IMG/VR virus record: IMGVR_UViG_3300018050_000664
Span: 1-47,772 of that record
DNA from: a virus
Lineage: Duplodnaviria > Caudoviricetes
Reading direction: 5' to 3' (one strand)
DNA: 47,772 nt
Under the pieces are notes generated by a model. The model was not told the origin of the DNA. It worked only from the letters and a program-made list of their open reading frames with translations, and ran no database searches. Position numbers and translations under genes: made by a program. Shown here in pieces: positions 7,767-19,400 of the stretch; position 1 is the first letter of the stretch; the number at the start of each line of letters is the position of its first letter.

Positions 7767-7984
7767 AACATCCCAAACAGGTCGGTATGTCCTGCAAGAA
7801 TACCCGATTCATAAAATCTGGATTAACCGAATCTGAAAAAATCTACGTCGCACAGGCGTCCGAGCAGATACGCCTTATGTGGGAAGACCTGTTCTCCCGC
7901 AACAAATGGACGCCACAAGAAATTCCTAAAAAAGTTATTGCATCGAAGAAGACCAACACCAGATTACCCACCAACAACCAATGA
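7763..7984 (+). CDS. Hypothetical protein
   Basis: ATGA-coupled to both neighbours. Confidence 0.6.
   Translation: MKHPKQVGMSCKNTRFIKSGLTESEKIYVAQASEQIRLMWEDLFSRNKWTPQEIPKKVIASKKTNTRLPTNNQ
7938..7965 (+). promoter_or_regulatory. Putative promoter for the ERF/tRNA-Arg block
   Basis: A-tract then TTGCAT-16 nt-CAGATT, followed by a short CA-rich leader to ATG 7981. Confidence 0.35.
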
Positions 7985-8310
7985 AATCAGCCAAGAACAT
8001 CACCAAGTTCACGGAGGATGACGAGCCCTACAACGGCTACAGCAACTTCACAACGTGGAGCGTCGCCAACTACGTCCAGAATGACGAACACCTCTATGAC
8101 CTCTGCAAGTCTTTCTACCAAGACGGCTACACATCGTGGGGAGCCATGACGTGCAAACTCAAGGAGTTCGGCCCCAAGTGGCAGTCCATCAATAACCCCA
8201 ATGAAGTCCGCTGGGGCGACAGCCGAATCAAATCGAAGGAGATGACGGAACTCCTCAACTCACTTTTCTCCACCACCAATGAAACCAAGCCCAACCGAAA
8301 CAAACGATAA
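7981..8310 (+). CDS. Conserved phage hypothetical protein (YNG..N..TW...NDE.LY family)
   Basis: YNGYSNFTTWSVANYVQNDEHLYD motif, widespread in phages. Confidence 0.75.
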   Translation: MKSAKNITKFTEDDEPYNGYSNFTTWSVANYVQNDEHLYDLCKSFYQDGYTSWGAMTCKLKEFGPKWQSINNPNEVRWGDSRIKSKEMTELLNSLFSTTNETKPNRNKR

Positions 8311-8494
8311 GTCGCACCGACTCGTCTGGATTAAGGTGACCAAGGAGCAGGCAAACGAACTGGACAGCATCGCAGGACAATGGGAACTTACCCGTGCGTC
8401 GCTCTGCCGTCTCATCGTCTCCTCTTTCCTCAGGAACCCTGAATCCTCACTCACTGTCCGCAAGGATATCTCCAATCTCACCCACACCAAATGA
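8279..8494 (+). CDS. Ribbon-helix-helix DNA-binding protein
   Basis: LVWIKVTKEQANELDSIAGQWELTRASLCRLIVSSFL; ATGA-coupled to ERF. Confidence 0.6.
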   Translation: MKPSPTETNDKSHRLVWIKVTKEQANELDSIAGQWELTRASLCRLIVSSFLRNPESSLTVRKDISNLTHTK

Positions 8495-9222
8495 GCACAA
8501 ACAACATCACACCTGAGTTCGCATCCGCATACGTCAAGGCCGTCGCTAAGACCCGTGACGTGGTAGCAGACGCCGAGAACAGTTTCCACAAGAATTCCTA
8601 CGCCACGCTGTCGGCACACATCTCGGCGACGAAGCACATCTTCGCCCAGCATGACCTTGCCATCGTGCAGTTCCCTTTCGGGGACTCCAAGCAGGTCGGA
8701 GTGAACACCATGGTCATCCACAAGGATGGCGGATACATCCAGAACTACATCACGCTCCCCGTCGCCGATGGCGTCAAGGGTCAGGACGTAGGCTCGCTTG
8801 TCTCCTATTTGAGGAGGTACGCCATCGCTGGCGTGGCGAATCTGGCCACGGCGGATGATGACGGAGAAGCCGACAGGCAGGCTCACGAACAGCCCATGAA
8901 GCAGGTCAACATGAACCACTTCCAGCGTGAGCAGAAGGCGATTGAGAAGGCGTATGAGAAAATCAACGACAACGCCGAAATCAAGAAGCCCATCTCTGGA
9001 AACCCTGACCTGTCCATCGTGCTCCACTTCGGCAAGAACAAGGGCAAGACGCTCGGCGAACTGCCCAAGAACTCGCTCGACTGGTACATCAAGGAGTTCC
9101 AAGCCAAGCCCTACAATGGCAAGTTGAGCCCTCAGGACGTGGCTCTGCGTGAAGCCCTTGACAGGCTCGCCCAAGGCAACACCAAGCCTGAAGCGGACAC
9201 CAGCGACGACGTTCCGTTCTAA
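8491..9222 (+). CDS. erf: ERF-family ssDNA annealing protein with C-terminal FGKxKG module and acidic DDVPF tail
   Basis: N.FHKNSYATL, HKDGGYI, QDVGSLVSYLRRYAI.G..NLA..DDDG signature. Confidence 0.85.
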   Translation: MSTNNITPEFASAYVKAVAKTRDVVADAENSFHKNSYATLSAHISATKHIFAQHDLAIVQFPFGDSKQVGVNTMVIHKDGGYIQNYITLPVADGVKGQDVGSLVSYLRRYAIAGVANLATADDDGEADRQAHEQPMKQVNMNHFQREQKAIEKAYEKINDNAEIKKPISGNPDLSIVLHFGKNKGKTLGELPKNSLDWYIKEFQAKPYNGKLSPQDVALREALDRLAQGNTKPEADTSDDVPF

Positions 9223-9228
9223 CCCTTA

Positions 9229-9300
9229 GGCCTCATCGTTCAACGGATAGGACAGGCGTTTCCTAAACGCTTAATCTAGGTTCGATTCCTAGTGGGGCCA
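9229..9300 (+). tRNA. tRNA-Arg(CCT), decodes AGG
   Basis: Acceptor GGCCTCA/TGGGGCC, anticodon stem GGCGT/ACGCT with loop TTCCTAA, T-loop GGTTCGATTCC. Confidence 0.9.
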
Positions 9301-9305
9301 GATTC

Positions 9306-9331
9306 GGAGAGACTCATGTCTCTCCTTTTTT
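9306..9331 (+). terminator. Rho-independent terminator ending the early arm
   Basis: GGAGAGAC-tcat-GTCTCTCC followed by TTTTTT, at the convergence of the two arms. Confidence 0.85.
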
Positions 9332-9375
9332 GTGCCTGTCGGGCTGGGCTATCGTACAACCAGAACGACGCCCAT

Positions 9376-10161
9376 TTAACCTTGCGGACCCGTGACACGC
9401 ACAGGCTCATCTTTGCCATCCTGCTGGCTGGTCAAGCGACTTTTAACGCATTTGTGATGCTGGTATGCCTCTATGAGGAAAAGCACGGCACCGAGCCCAA
9501 TGAGGACGCCTACGCCAATCTTGAACCAAAGGGATTCAACCACGTCTTGAATGATGAATGGGCATGCGAAAAAGAACGCCGACGTGGCCATCAGGGTGAG
9601 CCCGTTCTTCTTGCTCATGCCGAGGACGCTGGAGCCTATGAGCAACAGCACGCCACCGATTGCGAACCATGAGCCAAGGGTGAAGCACTGTGCCCTGAGT
9701 TCCGAGAACGCCTGCTCCTTGCGGATGGCTTCGTTCTCTTCCTTTAGGGACTGGTTCTCTAACTGCACCATGTCCACCATCGTCCACAGTTCGTTGGTAT
9801 CTTCCTCCACCTTGCTAGCCTTGTCTTCGGCCTTCTTAAGTTCCTTGGTGTTACCGAGCGTGACCTTAAATGCATCCACCTGTTTCTGGGTGGGTGGCTT
9901 CACGCCGTCGAGCCTGACGATGGTCAGGTCAACCAACTTAGAATGAGGAGGCGTCACGCCTTCCTTGGCTACCTTAAGGGCGGCGGATGCCTCCGACGCC
10001 TCATGCTCGATGCGTGCGATGTACTTATCTTTCTCTGGATTGTCCACGACCTTGATTACCTCCTGAGGAGGCTTGGTCGTACAGCCAATCAGAAGATAAG
10101 CGACAGCAAGAATCCAATAACCAGACCGATGCTGAAGTAACGGATGGTTTGGTGTTCCCAT
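9376..10161 (-). CDS. Spanin-like lipoprotein (lipobox, coiled coil, three C-terminal TM helices)
   Basis: WILAVAYLLIG-C lipobox, long charged helical region, three hydrophobic segments; directly downstream of the holin. Confidence 0.55.
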   Translation of the reverse strand: MGTPNHPLLQHRSGYWILAVAYLLIGCTTKPPQEVIKVVDNPEKDKYIARIEHEASEASAALKVAKEGVTPPHSKLVDLTIVRLDGVKPPTQKQVDAFKVTLGNTKELKKAEDKASKVEEDTNELWTMVDMVQLENQSLKEENEAIRKEQAFSELRAQCFTLGSWFAIGGVLLLIGSSVLGMSKKNGLTLMATSAFFFACPFIIQDVVESLWFKIGVGVLIGLGAVLFLIEAYQHHKCVKSRLTSQQDGKDEPVRVTGPQG

Positions 10162-10193
10162 AGGTAGTTAGCGACTTCTTTGATTTTTTCCAT
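10089..10193 (-). CDS. Nested 34-aa membrane peptide overlapping the holin end and lipoprotein start
   Basis: MEKIKEVANYLWEHQTIRYFSIGLVIGFLLSLIF*, in a frame different from both neighbours. Confidence 0.4.
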   Translation of the reverse strand: MEKIKEVANYLWEHQTIRYFSIGLVIGFLLSLIF

Positions 10194-10491
10194 GGCTTAT
10201 GCGATTGATGGTTCGAATTAAAAGGGACACTAGTTCCTGCGATGCGGAACCGCAACATGAATAGATGATGGCTTCGTAGATAGGCTCAACCCTGCCATGC
10301 ACGGCGAAGTAGCAAAGCACGCCGATGATTCCACCAGCGATGATTCGCTTTACCCACATCCACCAGTGAACGTCTTCATTGGTCAGCAACAGCCTGCATA
10401 GGGCACCAGCCGCCCCAAGCATGGCCACAATCCAGCCACCCTTCTTCAGGTCTTCGGCTGTCTGTAGCAGGTCTGGGTCTGGAGCACTCAT
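10168..10491 (-). CDS. Putative holin (about three TM helices)
   Basis: 107 aa, hydrophobic helices GWIVAMLGAAGAL / IIAGGIIGVLCYFAV / AIIYSCCGSAS, basic C-terminus, end of the late operon. Confidence 0.65.
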   Translation of the reverse strand: MSAPDPDLLQTAEDLKKGGWIVAMLGAAGALCRLLLTNEDVHWWMWVKRIIAGGIIGVLCYFAVHGRVEPIYEAIIYSCCGSASQELVSLLIRTINRISHGKNQRSR

Positions 10492-13400
10492 GCATGAGGA
10501 CCTCCGTATGGTTCAGTCGGGTCGGCTCGGTCAGGCCTGTAATCAGGACGATTTTGATTGAGGTAGTAACTTACAGTTGACCTAGACATGCCTATGGCAC
10601 GTGCGATTTCACGCTGAGAATGTCCAGAGTTCGCCATCTGGATTATCAATTGAACAGTTTCTTGAGGAATCCTTGGGCGACTTGTTTCTGGATTTACCAC
10701 ACGCTCTACATCTGAGTAATGCTCAGGAACCCTTCTTGGAAAATCAACGCCCTGATTTCTCAATCTGGATTCAGACCTACGTATGTGAGGGACTGGCAAT
10801 TCATGCTTCTGAGAGGCCTCCTCAATGGGCATCTGGTTTTGGTGTATGTCGTAGAGTGCCCTTCTCATCTTTCCAACCTTGTCGTAGTTCTTGCCGACGT
10901 TATCTAGCCACCTGAGAAGTTCTGGGTTGGCCTGAGGCCTACCGCCTTCATCGACGCCACCGACCATCATGTTCGGGATGCCAGCGATGACCTTACGCCT
11001 GAACTCATTACGCTGGGCGTCGGTCTGGAACTCTGGGGCGAACCTCATCACAGTGGTGCCGTTTGAGTTCATCAACTTCATGACCTTGGCCATGTTCTCC
11101 GAGGTGGGCTCAAGGCCGAACTGGAGTTTGGTAATCAGTTTCATCGGCAGGCTGGACATGTGTTCTGGAATTTGTTTCCAAGACTTTGCCGCCCCGTTCG
11201 AGATGGTGTGTGAAAATCCGCTGGTCACATCGACCTTATCACCAAGCCTCCTAAAGACCTTGGAACGTTCTCCCCTTCCAATCTCTCCGTCTGCTGGATT
11301 AAACGTGGTCGAATCATCGACGCTGATGTTGGTAGCGTATTTGTATGGCTCGGCTCCGCTGTTCAAGAGTGCCTCTGCCCTAGTGTCCTGAGTGGTCATT
11401 AGGTGATGCTCAAGCCTGACTCCTAGGCCGTATCCAGAGAACACGTAACCTCCCGCTGGCTTCCACTCTGCGATGAACTTCGAGATGTATGGCAACGAGC
11501 CGAGATACTTCGAGTGATACAGCATGGCTTCTCTAGCCTGTGCTGGATTGTCCGTCTCAAGAATCAGTTTGGAAGTCTTGGGGTCGATGATGCGGAACTT
11601 ATCTCCAGCAATCTCAAGCACAGGCCTTTCGAAGGAGTCGGTGGACAGTTTCTGCAACGACTTGATGTTCTGGCCAGTGTAATTGAGTTTGAGGTACCAG
11701 AGTGGCAGGCCGTAATTGCCAACGTAGCCAGAGGCCTTCTGGGATTCGACATACATGTAAACGGATTCTGGGTTGGCGGCTATGCCGTCAATCATCCTCT
11801 GGTAGTCGGTCTTATCACCGCTGACCACGTTTCCGTAGTTGCCCTGCCAGAATCCAGTTCCGCCCTTCCTGTATGCCAATGGCTTTCCGTCCAGTCCTAC
11901 GAGTGCATTGCCTCCGTCTGGTCGGAAGTATTCCGATAGTTGGTGGTTCCACCTGAACAGCCTAGTGCCATCTCCAGCGACGATGGCCGACATGGTTGGC
12001 TCATCTCCAGCGACAGCCCTTTGCAGGCTGGCCGTGGAAATCATGCTACTGTCTCCTAGGCTATGGACTTCTTCGGCTTCAGCCATGGCGTGAACCATGT
12101 GCTGTGCGAGGTTGGCGTTGATTCCGTTATGCTCGAACCTTGAGCCATTCATCATGGGCTCAAGTTCCAAGTCTCCTACGAGCGAAAGCCTTTCGAACAG
12201 GCCACCATGGAGTTGCTTGAACCTCTGCTCTGGAAGAAGCCTGAGTGCCTTGAGCGTCTGTGTGAATTTGCCGTTTTCGATTCCAACCTGAGTAATCGCA
12301 CGCTTTCTGTTGCCGAGAACGAACGAAAGCCTTGGTGCGGAATCCCATCCACGTACGAAGTGATGCCTAGCGTCAGTCATCGCAATCTGCCTGTATCCAG
12401 AATTGGCCGCACGAAGCACAGTTCCCTGAAGGGAGATTGGCCTGTAGATGTCCTCTATGCCGAACGGCTGAGTGGTGATGATGTTCGGGTCGTTCTTGCC
12501 TTCAGGGTTTGATGCGACTGGAAGTTTGGAACGCAGTTCAGCAACCCTGTCTTTTAGTTGACCGATACGCTTCGGAGTGTCGCCTACCTTGTGCTGTACG
12601 GCAAACAAGGCATGGAAATCCATGAGCAACTGAGACAGTCCGTTGTTGGCGGTAGGTGACCTCATCCTGTAACGAATGGTCCTTCCAGACGAAATCTCCT
12701 TATTAAGGTCCCTAAGGTTTACCCTCGTCTGGCGTCCCCTCGTATCTCCATCAAGTTCGTACCTGAAGTGATATGCATCGCTCATCGCATCTGCATCGAA
12801 GAAATCGAATGCGTATGGAGAGATTCCAGTGATGGAAGATTTAGCAATCTGGTCTATCTGGCCGGGACTTTGCCAGAATCCCTCGGTCCTATCCAGCGTG
12901 CTGTTGACGATGAAGTTCGGATTTTCCGACTGCAACCTCTTGAGCATGTTGGAGAACGACTTGAGTGCCTTCAATTTGGACAGGCGTGTTCCCTCGTTGT
13001 TGTAATTGAACGCAGGGTCGTTTCTCATCCATGCGGCGATTGCCTTATCGACACGCTCAATGAGCCTTTCGGCCATCGCATCGAAGTCGAAATTGGGAGG
13101 CCTAGTCGAAGCAAACGCATCGTTCATCTCAGAGGCGGACATGTGTGCCTGCTCATCCATTTGTGCGAACTGCAACATCAGGACGGATGGGGTAAGTCCA
13201 GAATTCTGACCAGCGTGGGTAAGGTCAACGAGTGAGTCGTCGAACTTCCTCATGTCTAGGATTCCGAATTGTCCAGAATTGATTTCGTAAAGAGCGTTCC
13301 TTATCGATTTAAACGCAGCAAAGGTAAGACCACGGACGAGCACGCCATTGTTTTCATCGACGTGGATTCCCTTCTTCCATTCGTAGTAAGGAATTTCAGT

Positions 13401-16400
13401 AACGCCAAGTTGCTCCGCCTGCTCTGGGCTAAGTTTCACTGTGCCAGACGTAGGTGCAAGTGGAAGGTTTTCCACGTTGTCGTTCATCTTGATGAAGTCC
13501 CTATAGATGAGGTGACGCTCGAATTGACTAGTTGCGTCAAAAATCTCTCTGCTCATCAGGTACTGCAACTGCCTGTTGATTGGATTCCCCCTGCCTTTGA
13601 TAACGTTGATTGCCTCCTGTACGGAGGTCAGCGTGTCTTGCATACTTTGCTCCAGTGATTTGATTTCTGCTTCGGCGGCGGTTAAGTCAGAAACGCCCCT
13701 CAGTGCCTCCGCCTGTTCAATCGTATCTGGAAGTGCATAGGCAGGGCTAACTGGGTCGCCGAACGACTTGTACTGGAATGTGTCGGACTGGATTTCCTCA
13801 ATCAGGTAAGTAGGTTCGATTTCTTTTTTGATTCCAGTGACGGCATCAGTGTCATCGAACAATTGCGTTCCTTCGCCGAGAACCTGAGGTCCGTGAGATG
13901 CGAGCATGACGCCAGCGGTAGCCCTGATGTGACCCAACTGGAACGTACCCTGCATGTTGGTGCCGTAGTGGCCAGCGTTACCCATCCTGCCACCATGGTG
14001 CTTATTCCATCCAGACCTGACGACCCTGACACGCTCGGTGGCTAGGATGATGGAGTTGATTCTTTCAGCGTCCTGAGCGTTGGTCGCCTCAAGGGACCTC
14101 TTCTTCAGAATCTGAGTAAACCTATCAAACTCCTTTTCCATTCGGTCAGACCAGAGTTCGGTAAGCCAGATACTGCTGGTATAGGCACCACGATAGGTCG
14201 CATAGCCCTCATGTGCAGAACCATTGGCAGTGATGACGCCTTGTTGCCACAGGTTGCGTTGCGACGGGGTGATTTCTGCTATGCTCTGAACGCCTTGGGT
14301 GTTGTTCGTGTAATTTCCTTCGAGGACTCCAAACTCGTTGTTGTGGGGGAAATCCATGTACCCATTGCTGACGTCAGAGTATCCCCAATTCCATGGGTCT
14401 TTAACTCCGATGTCCCCCAGTGCGGACTTGGTGATACCACTTGCCTCTGCGAGTTTTGCGTCAATCGCCGCCCTGACGATAAGTTCTAATTGTGCTGGCC
14501 TGATGAGCCTGCTCGTACCTCCGACATACTCGGCTGGACTATCTTGAGTGAAGCCCTTCTGTGCCCGATTCATCACTGCGTCGAGTTTGGACTGAAGTGA
14601 ATCTTCCTTGCTGAACATGTTCGGCATTCCGAAGACATCCACAAGTTCATCGAGCGTCTTTCCGATTGCAGATTCTACGGCGTTGGCACGTGCGACACCC
14701 TCTTCTCCAGAGTTCCTCAGTGTATCAATGTGCGTAAGGATAAGCCTGATGTTCTCGGTGTGAATTTCAACGGCCTGCTTTTCCTTGCCTTCGGCATTAA
14801 AGATGAACGGATAAAGGAACTCTCCATTGTTGCCACGCTTTGCTCCGTCCTTTCCAGTAATTCCGAGCAGGTATGAACTGTCCGTAATCGGACCACCTTT
14901 ATCCTGTCTGAAGTTCCTAGGATAGACAGTGTAAAGGAACTCTGCGAGTTCCAGCCTGCTAATCTGCCTGCTGGCGTTGTCGGCCAGAAGGAACATAAGG
15001 CCAGTCATTCTTACCTCATCCTTAGACACGCCGTTTTCCTTGATGAACTTGGCCCACTCAGTTCCAGTAAGTGTGTCTGGGTAGAGGTTCTTGCCAGTCC
15101 TCATCTTACCATAGGCGATGACGGACATCAGTTTGGAGGAGAATTCTACCCTGCCCTGACCGACGCCGAAGTTAATCTTACGCCTAAGCATGCCTTCAAT
15201 TTCCTTTGGCGTATGCGGGTCGCCAATCATCATGTTTGGCCTAGAAACGTTGATAACGTCAGCCTGCAAGGAATCCCTTACGGACAGTTGGGCACTGAGT
15301 GCCTCGGCCTGTTCTTTTGTGAGGGAAAGGTCCAAGTCTCCTACAGTGTATTCCTTTGAATTGGAATAACTCAACTCATAGCCCCTATGGTCCTCACGGA
15401 CAGACCTGATAATCTGCCTCCTCCTCACTGGTGCGTGATGGTCTTTTGTTCCAGCGTCGGTATTGACGGAGAACCTTCCAGTTTCGTTGGTCAGGGTTTC
15501 GATAGCCCTAGCCATCTCGGCCTTACTGGTGCTGATGGTGTACTTGGCCTTTAGTGCTTCAGCCTCGGAAAGCGTCCTTACGGACGTTACCTTTCTGGCG
15601 GTGATTACTCTTCCAGTGCTCTGGTCGATACCGCTTGGGATGTCATAGCCAACCAAGTAACTGACGATTTTCTTACCCTCACGCTTGGGGACAATCGACA
15701 CGTTTGAAGTCTCGGCGTTATCCCATGCGAACTCGGCAAGTTCTGGCCTATTGGGGAACAGGGCTTCGATTACGGCACGCTTGTCGCCGTTCATGGCGAG
15801 TTGGCGTTCCAAGTCTGGCATGAGATATCCGTGGTCTTTGGTTACGGCCATCTGTGCCAACTTCTCGATGTCTCCAGCCAAATGCGGAAGATTCTCGAAG
15901 AGGAAGTCATTGGCCTCCCTCAGTTCTGCCTGATTCTTGCCACGTCCAAGAGTTCCAGTCGAGGAACTCTGATTGGAAGCATCCTTGACGTGACGTTCGA
16001 GTGCTTGGTGGACGGAACCAAATATGCCCCTAGTGCTGATTGCACTGCCACTGCCACCAGCCTCACGTGCCTTCTCTCCCATGAGATGTCTGGCGAACTC
16101 CGTGTCGCCGTCGTAGATGGAGTAGGAAAGCGTAGAACTGAACCTGTTGTAGTCGAAGTGACCACCAGTGTACATGTCCTTGTAGAACCTGAGCACGCCC
16201 TGCTTCTCTAGCAGGAACGTGTAAATGTGAGCCTTGATGTCCTCTGCGGTTGCGTTTGCTGGAATCGTAAGCGTGATGTAGTTGTCGGTAGAAGAGTCCC
16301 TGACAAGTGCCATGGCCGTCATGACATCAATCTGGTTGTTGTGGTCCGCCGTACCGCTTGCAATCCTCTCAAGTGCGTCATGGTAAATCTGACCATACAA

Positions 16401-19400
16401 TCCACTGACGCTCATGAGTTTCTGGTTCACGTCCCTTATCTCATGGACGCCAGACATGAGTTTCCTAGCCTTCTTAAGTGCCTCGATACGCCAGCCACCT
16501 CCGTAGATGTCGGTCAGCCTCGCAATCTTTGCGGCGGCTTCGCTGTTCAGGTGCTTAACGTTCTGACCGAACAACTTTGGGTCGGTGTGGGAAATGAGGC
16601 CGTCCGAGTAAGAGTATCCAAGTGCCTCTTCAAGGTTTACGCCGATTGCATGGGTTCCCCATCCGCTTCGGGTAGAGAGACTGCTGAAGTTCTTGTATCC
16701 GAGGACGTCTCCAGAGATGTTAATAACGATTCGTCCGTCTTCCAGCCTCTTGAATGCGAAGCCCATGGATGCCTTTTCTCCATACGGAGAGATTTCACCA
16801 TGCTTGAAAGTTGCGTCCGAGTATGGAAGTGCACCGCTGAAGTCTCGGCTGATTGGGGACATGAATCCGCCAAGTCCGATAGACCTGATGCCGTAGTCCA
16901 TGAAGTAGCCCTTTTGGCCTTCTAGGCCAGTCTCTCCAGCGGAGATAATCTGACCCTTGCCTAGGAGCCTCCTGCCATAAGTGGCCGTCCTAGCAGGCTG
17001 AAGACCAATCTTTCCACTATTCGCCTTCCTAGCCTCCCTGATGACCATATCGACCAAATGCTTCCTAGCGAAAGCCCTAGACACGGACACGGCCTTCTTC
17101 GGGAGGAAGATGCTTCCGTTCTTCATGGCCACGTCGGCATTTGCGTTGGACTGAAGTAGTTGAATGTCTCCAAGATTAACGTCACTGAGCAACATCTGCC
17201 CGAAGGTCATTCCAGCAACTTCCCTTACGCCAAGATAGACTGGAGAGTTGTTTGCGTAATGGCCAGTTGCGTTGAGGCTATGCTGACGCTTGAGGGGCTC
17301 GCTGTTTCCATCTAGCACCATCTTTCTGGCCGCACCTAGGGCTCCGTTATCAACGGATGCCCATCCTTCTTGGGCAGTCCTGACGGACATCCTGAACAAT
17401 GCCTGAACAGACGGGCCAGAATCCATTCCATTCCTAGTTGGCTCGGTAAGGTCATACCTTTTTTCACCCCTAGTGACTTCATACGCTGGGAACTTGTCCA
17501 TCTCCCTGAGTCCGAGGAGGAACCTAGCAAATCCTAATGCATTGTCTTCACGAAGCAACATGCTGACGGCGTTGACGTATGGCCTTTCCGCTTCTGGGCT
17601 CTTACGCTGGATTGGGTCGGCGATTTTCTCGCTCACTCCCTGCTCCCACTGAATAGCACCACGCTTGATGTACTCACGCATCTGCTCACGCATCTGCTCC
17701 TTGAAGTTTGGAAGGATTGCTTCCATGGCTGGGTAGGTTCCCAGCGTTTCAATTGCCGCCATGCCCTGCATGCCAGCGATGTTAGAATCCAACAGCATGT
17801 TGGAATTAACATCCGAGCACATTTCTGAAATAATCACCCTCTGGGAAGGTTCGAGGGACGTAAGGAAACTTACGATTCTGTTTTCGTACTCTGGGTCAAG
17901 CGTACCGCTTTCTGGAATGTTTACTTCCTTGTTTGCGTCGGCGAGAAGGCTTTCGAATTCGGCCCTCTGCGTGACGCTGAGGATGTCAGACTTCTGGAGT
18001 TTGCCGTCCTTGTAGAATACGGAACTCTTAGCAAAAGCCTTGGATAGAATCGGAACCATTCCCAGTGCATACGTGCTCATGGAAACCCTGACCTGACCTC
18101 CGCCGATTTCCACTGGGTAAACGTTGCTTCCGTTGTAATGGGTTTGCTGAAGCAATTCTATCAGTTCTGGGGAACTTTGAATGGCAAGTGCCAGAGTCTG
18201 CGGAGTAATTCCACGCCTTCCAGCCAACTGATAAAGGGCCGAATGCATGGCATGAACGCCAGTGTAGGCGTACATGTTGTCCTGCCTAAGTGTAATAGTT
18301 ACCTCTACTGGGTCAGTTGGGGTGGCGATTCCGTTCCCGATGAGACTGTTAAGTGCGATGTGGATGTCTCCAGCACGCATGACTGTCCTCATGTTTGGAC
18401 CGCTTTCGGTGGTGATTTCTCCGTTGAAAATGAAAGCCCTCTCTAGGTCGGCAGTGACGCTTGTCATGACTACATCCTTCAACGCCTTGAGGGACTTATC
18501 TACGTTGAACTTAGAACTGTGAGGGCCCTGAGGGTCTGCGATGTAGGGGACAGTTACGACGTCAGTGTGAGCCGTGCTGGCATCCAGAACGTTCTCATTG
18601 ACTGATTCAATTACCAAAGCCCCGTTCTTGTCCAAGTATCCCTTCGCACTGTAAGCCTTTGCCGAGGAGCCTTGGACGTCCGTGTATGCACTCTGGGATG
18701 CGTTGTACGGAACCAGAAGCGTGTTTCTCCTCTGCCAAGCCTCAGTGATTTCGGTCAGGGTTCCATGAAGGCCTTTCAGAATTCCGATAGTCCTTTCCCT
18801 TTCCTTTTCAACCATCTCGAACATCTCCAACTTTCCTTCAGTGCCTTCTGGAATCCTTCCCACGATGTTCTTGGAACGCTCAAACGCTTCGTCGGCGGTA
18901 TTGTTGAGTTGTTTAATCAACATCATGAGCCCTTCGTGTGCCGTATCCAAGGACTTGAGTGCACCCACTCCGTGGCCAAGCATGTTCGTGCCAGTGAAGG
19001 CTTCGTTGTGGTAAATTGCGTAGTACGGATTTCCTAGCCTTGCCCCATCAATCTCAATTCCCATGCCACTGCTGAGTTGGCCATTTTCGTCGTACTGTGG
19101 CTTGTACCAGTTGAGAGGGATTCCCCTTTCGAAATCTGAGGCTGGGCCTCCAGAGTAATTAAATACCTTGTTGGCAGTAAGGCCGATGGTCGGTACGACG
19201 AGGAGGTTCGTTCCGAACATGGCAGAGTCGGCCAAGGAGCCAGAGGTCCTGAAGGCGTCGCCAAGCAGGATGCTTGGTCCAAACGGACCAATCCTTCCCT
19301 TGTTCTGGTCGGTTACGTCGCCTTCGCCTAGAAGGTCCCTGAATGCCTCCATCTGTGGCTGGCTTCCGAGTTCCTCGTTCTTAATAGCCCTGAGTCCGAA

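Noticed and set aside
2459-9174. Long antisense ORFs (2459-3550, 3857-5167, 7011-7748, 8260-9174)
   Set aside because: Shadows of strongly C-ending codon bias in the real + strand genes; no recognisable motifs, and some cross tRNAs
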